From contig CAWBVG010000031.1 in assembly GCA_963792175.1 (NCBI GenBank), positions 153,815-217,814 of the forward strand: a stretch of DNA of 64,000 nucleotides, written 5' to 3'. Both the position numbers and the translations under genes were made by a program. Below the pieces are notes generated by a model, which was given only the letters and a program-made list of their open reading frames with translations, ran no database searches and was not told where the DNA came from. This document shows positions 62,180 to 64,000 of this stretch, piece after piece (the stretch's first letter is position 1; each line of letters begins with the position of its first letter). Source of the stretch: an uncultured Acidobacteriota bacterium. Its GTDB lineage: Bacteria > Acidobacteriota > Vicinamibacteria > Vicinamibacterales > CAVVIG01.

Positions 62180-64000
62180 CACCGCGTCGATCTCGACGCG
62201 ATACCTGCAGAACCTCTGGGACGAGGGCGAAGCCGCGAAGCTGGCGAACCAGCCGCTGGAACTGCTCCGCTATCGGTCGAATCTGCTGGGCGCCGATCTG
62301 CGCATCACGAACTTCGGCGGCGGCAACACGAGCTCGAAGTTCGCGCTTCCGGATCCGTTGACCGGCGAGGCGGTCCGCGTGCTGGCGGTCAAGGGCAGCG
62401 GCGGCGATCTTCGATCGATGGGCACGTCCGGGTTCGCCGTGCTGTATCTGGACAAGCTCGAACAGCTGATCGCGCGCTACCGTGGCGAGGCGCACGAAGA
62501 CGAGATGGTCGCCTTCTATCCGCTGTGCGCGTTCGGCGAGAATCGCGTCGCCGCGTCGATCGATACACCGCTGCACGCCTTCTTGCCGTTCGACCACGTC
62601 GATCATCTGCACCCGGACTGGGCCATCGCCCTGGCGGCGAGCGCCAACGGGCGCCGGAAGCTCGACGAGCTGAACGCGCGCTACGGCCGGCGCATCGTCT
62701 GGGTGCCGTGGCAGCGCCCGGGCTTCGAGCTGGGCATGATGCTGCGCCGCGCCGTCGCGGAGCACCCCGGCTGCGACGGCATCCTGCTCGGCAGCCACGG
62801 ACTGTTCACGTGGGGCGCCACGCAGCACGAATGCTACGCGAACAGCCTGAAGACGATCGATCAGATGGGCGAGTTCGTCGAGGAGCACGCCCGTGCGTCG
62901 AAACGGCCGCTGTTCGGAGGGGCGGCCGTGACGGCGGCGGTCGATCGCGAATCAACGACGGCGGCGATTCTTCCGATGCTGCGCGGCGCCGTGTCGTCGA
63001 ATCGCCGGGTCGTCGCGCACGTCGACTCGTCGGACGAGGCCGTGACGTTCGCCAATTCACGGTGGGCCGCTGAACTCTCTCAGCTGGGCACGAGTTGTCC
63101 CGATCACTTCCTGCGGACGCGCATCTGTCCGATGTTCGTGCCGTGGCAGCCCGAACACGAAGACGTCACGACACTGCGGCGGCGGATCGGCGAGCAGATC
63201 GGTGGGTATCGCGACGAATACGTGGCGTATTACAACGTCTTGCGCCGAGGCGGGCTCGCCGGCGCTGCGCGACTCGAACCCGTCGGTGATCGTCATTCCG
63301 GGGCTCGGCGTCTACGGCTTCGGCAAAGACAAGCGCGAGGCGCGAATCACGACGGAGTTTTTCGCGAACGCCGTCCACGTGATGGCTGGCGCGACGGCGC
63401 TCGAGGACGATGCCAGCGCCGCTGCGGTGCTTCCGCAGGCGCGCACCGCGGAGCAGGCCAGGGGGTTCAAGAGCGTCCACAACTACGTCGCGTTGCCGAG
63501 GAGCGAAGCCTTTCGCATCGAGTACTGGGCGCTCGAGGAAGCCAAGCTGCAGCGGATGCCGCCCGAGCGCGAATTCAGCCGGAAGATCGCGCTCATCGTC
63601 GGGGGCGGGAGCGGGATCGGCCGCGAGGCCGCGCTGCTGCTGGCGCGGCGCGGCGCGCACGTTGTCGTCGCGGATCGCGATGAGGCCCTGGCCGGTTCGA
63701 CGTGGGCCGAGGCGCAGAAGCTCTCGTCGCCGGAACTGGGGATGGCCGCGCCCGTCGATCTGTCGTCCCGCGACAGTATCGCGGCGGCGCTGCGGCGCAC
63801 GATTCTGGCGTTTGGCGGCGTCGACATCGTCATCAACACGGCGGCAATCTACCCGACACCCGATCCGTCTCGGACCGATGCCGAAGCCACCTGGGCGAAC
63901 ACGCTGCACGTCAACGTCACGGGTAACTACGTGCTGGCCGAAGAGGCGGCGCGGATGCTACGCGAACAGAATCTGCCGGCGACGATGGTGTTCACCAGCT
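62172..64000 (+). CDS. bifunctional rhamnulose-1-phosphate aldolase / short-chain dehydrogenase (RhaD-like), one frameshift; 3' end beyond the window
   Basis: Class II aldolase/adducin N-domain (GGGNTSSK...HLHPD), then SDR domain (ALIVGGGSGIGREAALLLARRGAHVVVADRD; NTAAIY). Frame change near 63290. Confidence 0.8.

Overview
This window is a high-GC (about 65-70% by eye) bacterial chromosomal segment. Gene content suggests an Acidobacteriota-like soil organism, but this is inference only: there are TonB-dependent receptors with a CarboxypepD_reg-type N-terminus, a DUF1800/DUF1501 pair, Ser/Thr kinase-TPR fusions next to an ECF sigma factor, and many secreted hydrolases. The layout has four parts. 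(i) 1-3.7 kb: ankyrin-repeat protein, cold-shock protein and a heptad-repeat coiled-coil protein. (ii) about 3.8-18.8 kb: an accessory-looking stretch bounded by a complete tRNA-Glu(UUC) at 18818-18893 on the minus strand and a 21/23-nt copy of its T-arm at 3786-3806. It holds alpha/beta hydrolases (some broken), an SGNH hydrolase, a 2H-phosphoesterase-like protein, a duplicated ~265-bp small Cys4 zinc-ribbon gene, a ~50-bp inverted-repeat pair, gene remnants and a lower-GC patch of small membrane or Cys-rich ORFs that includes a HEPN-like Rx4HE motif protein. (iii) 19-37 kb: housekeeping and envelope genes (sarcosine-oxidase-like, nhaA, metallophosphoesterase, Omp85-like, Ser/Thr kinases plus ECF sigma, SPFH/NfeD, DUF1800/DUF1501). 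(iv) 38-64 kb: a carbohydrate locus. It contains an enolase-superfamily dehydratase, KdgK, an IclR regulator, a roughly 1100-aa TonB-dependent receptor, a Gfo/Idh/MocA oxidoreductase, a gluconolactonase and an HpcH aldolase. These are followed by a tandemly duplicated module of a xylose-isomerase-like TIM barrel plus a Gfo/Idh/MocA dehydrogenase, an AraC regulator, two PQQ-type beta-propellers, a DUF1080 (3-keto-disaccharide hydrolase-like) protein, a c-type cytochrome, rhamnulokinase and the start of a RhaD-like aldolase/SDR gene. Two cross-cutting points follow. Many clearly conserved genes carry 1-3 apparent frameshifts, and at least one sits in a G7 homopolymer, so indel sequencing errors are more likely than mass pseudogenisation. 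Several intergenic gaps carry unusual palindromes built from 7-8-nt G-rich units (GGGGACT, GGGGCTA or GGGTTCT paired with their complements). No CRISPR array, rRNA or recognisable integrase or transposase was found.
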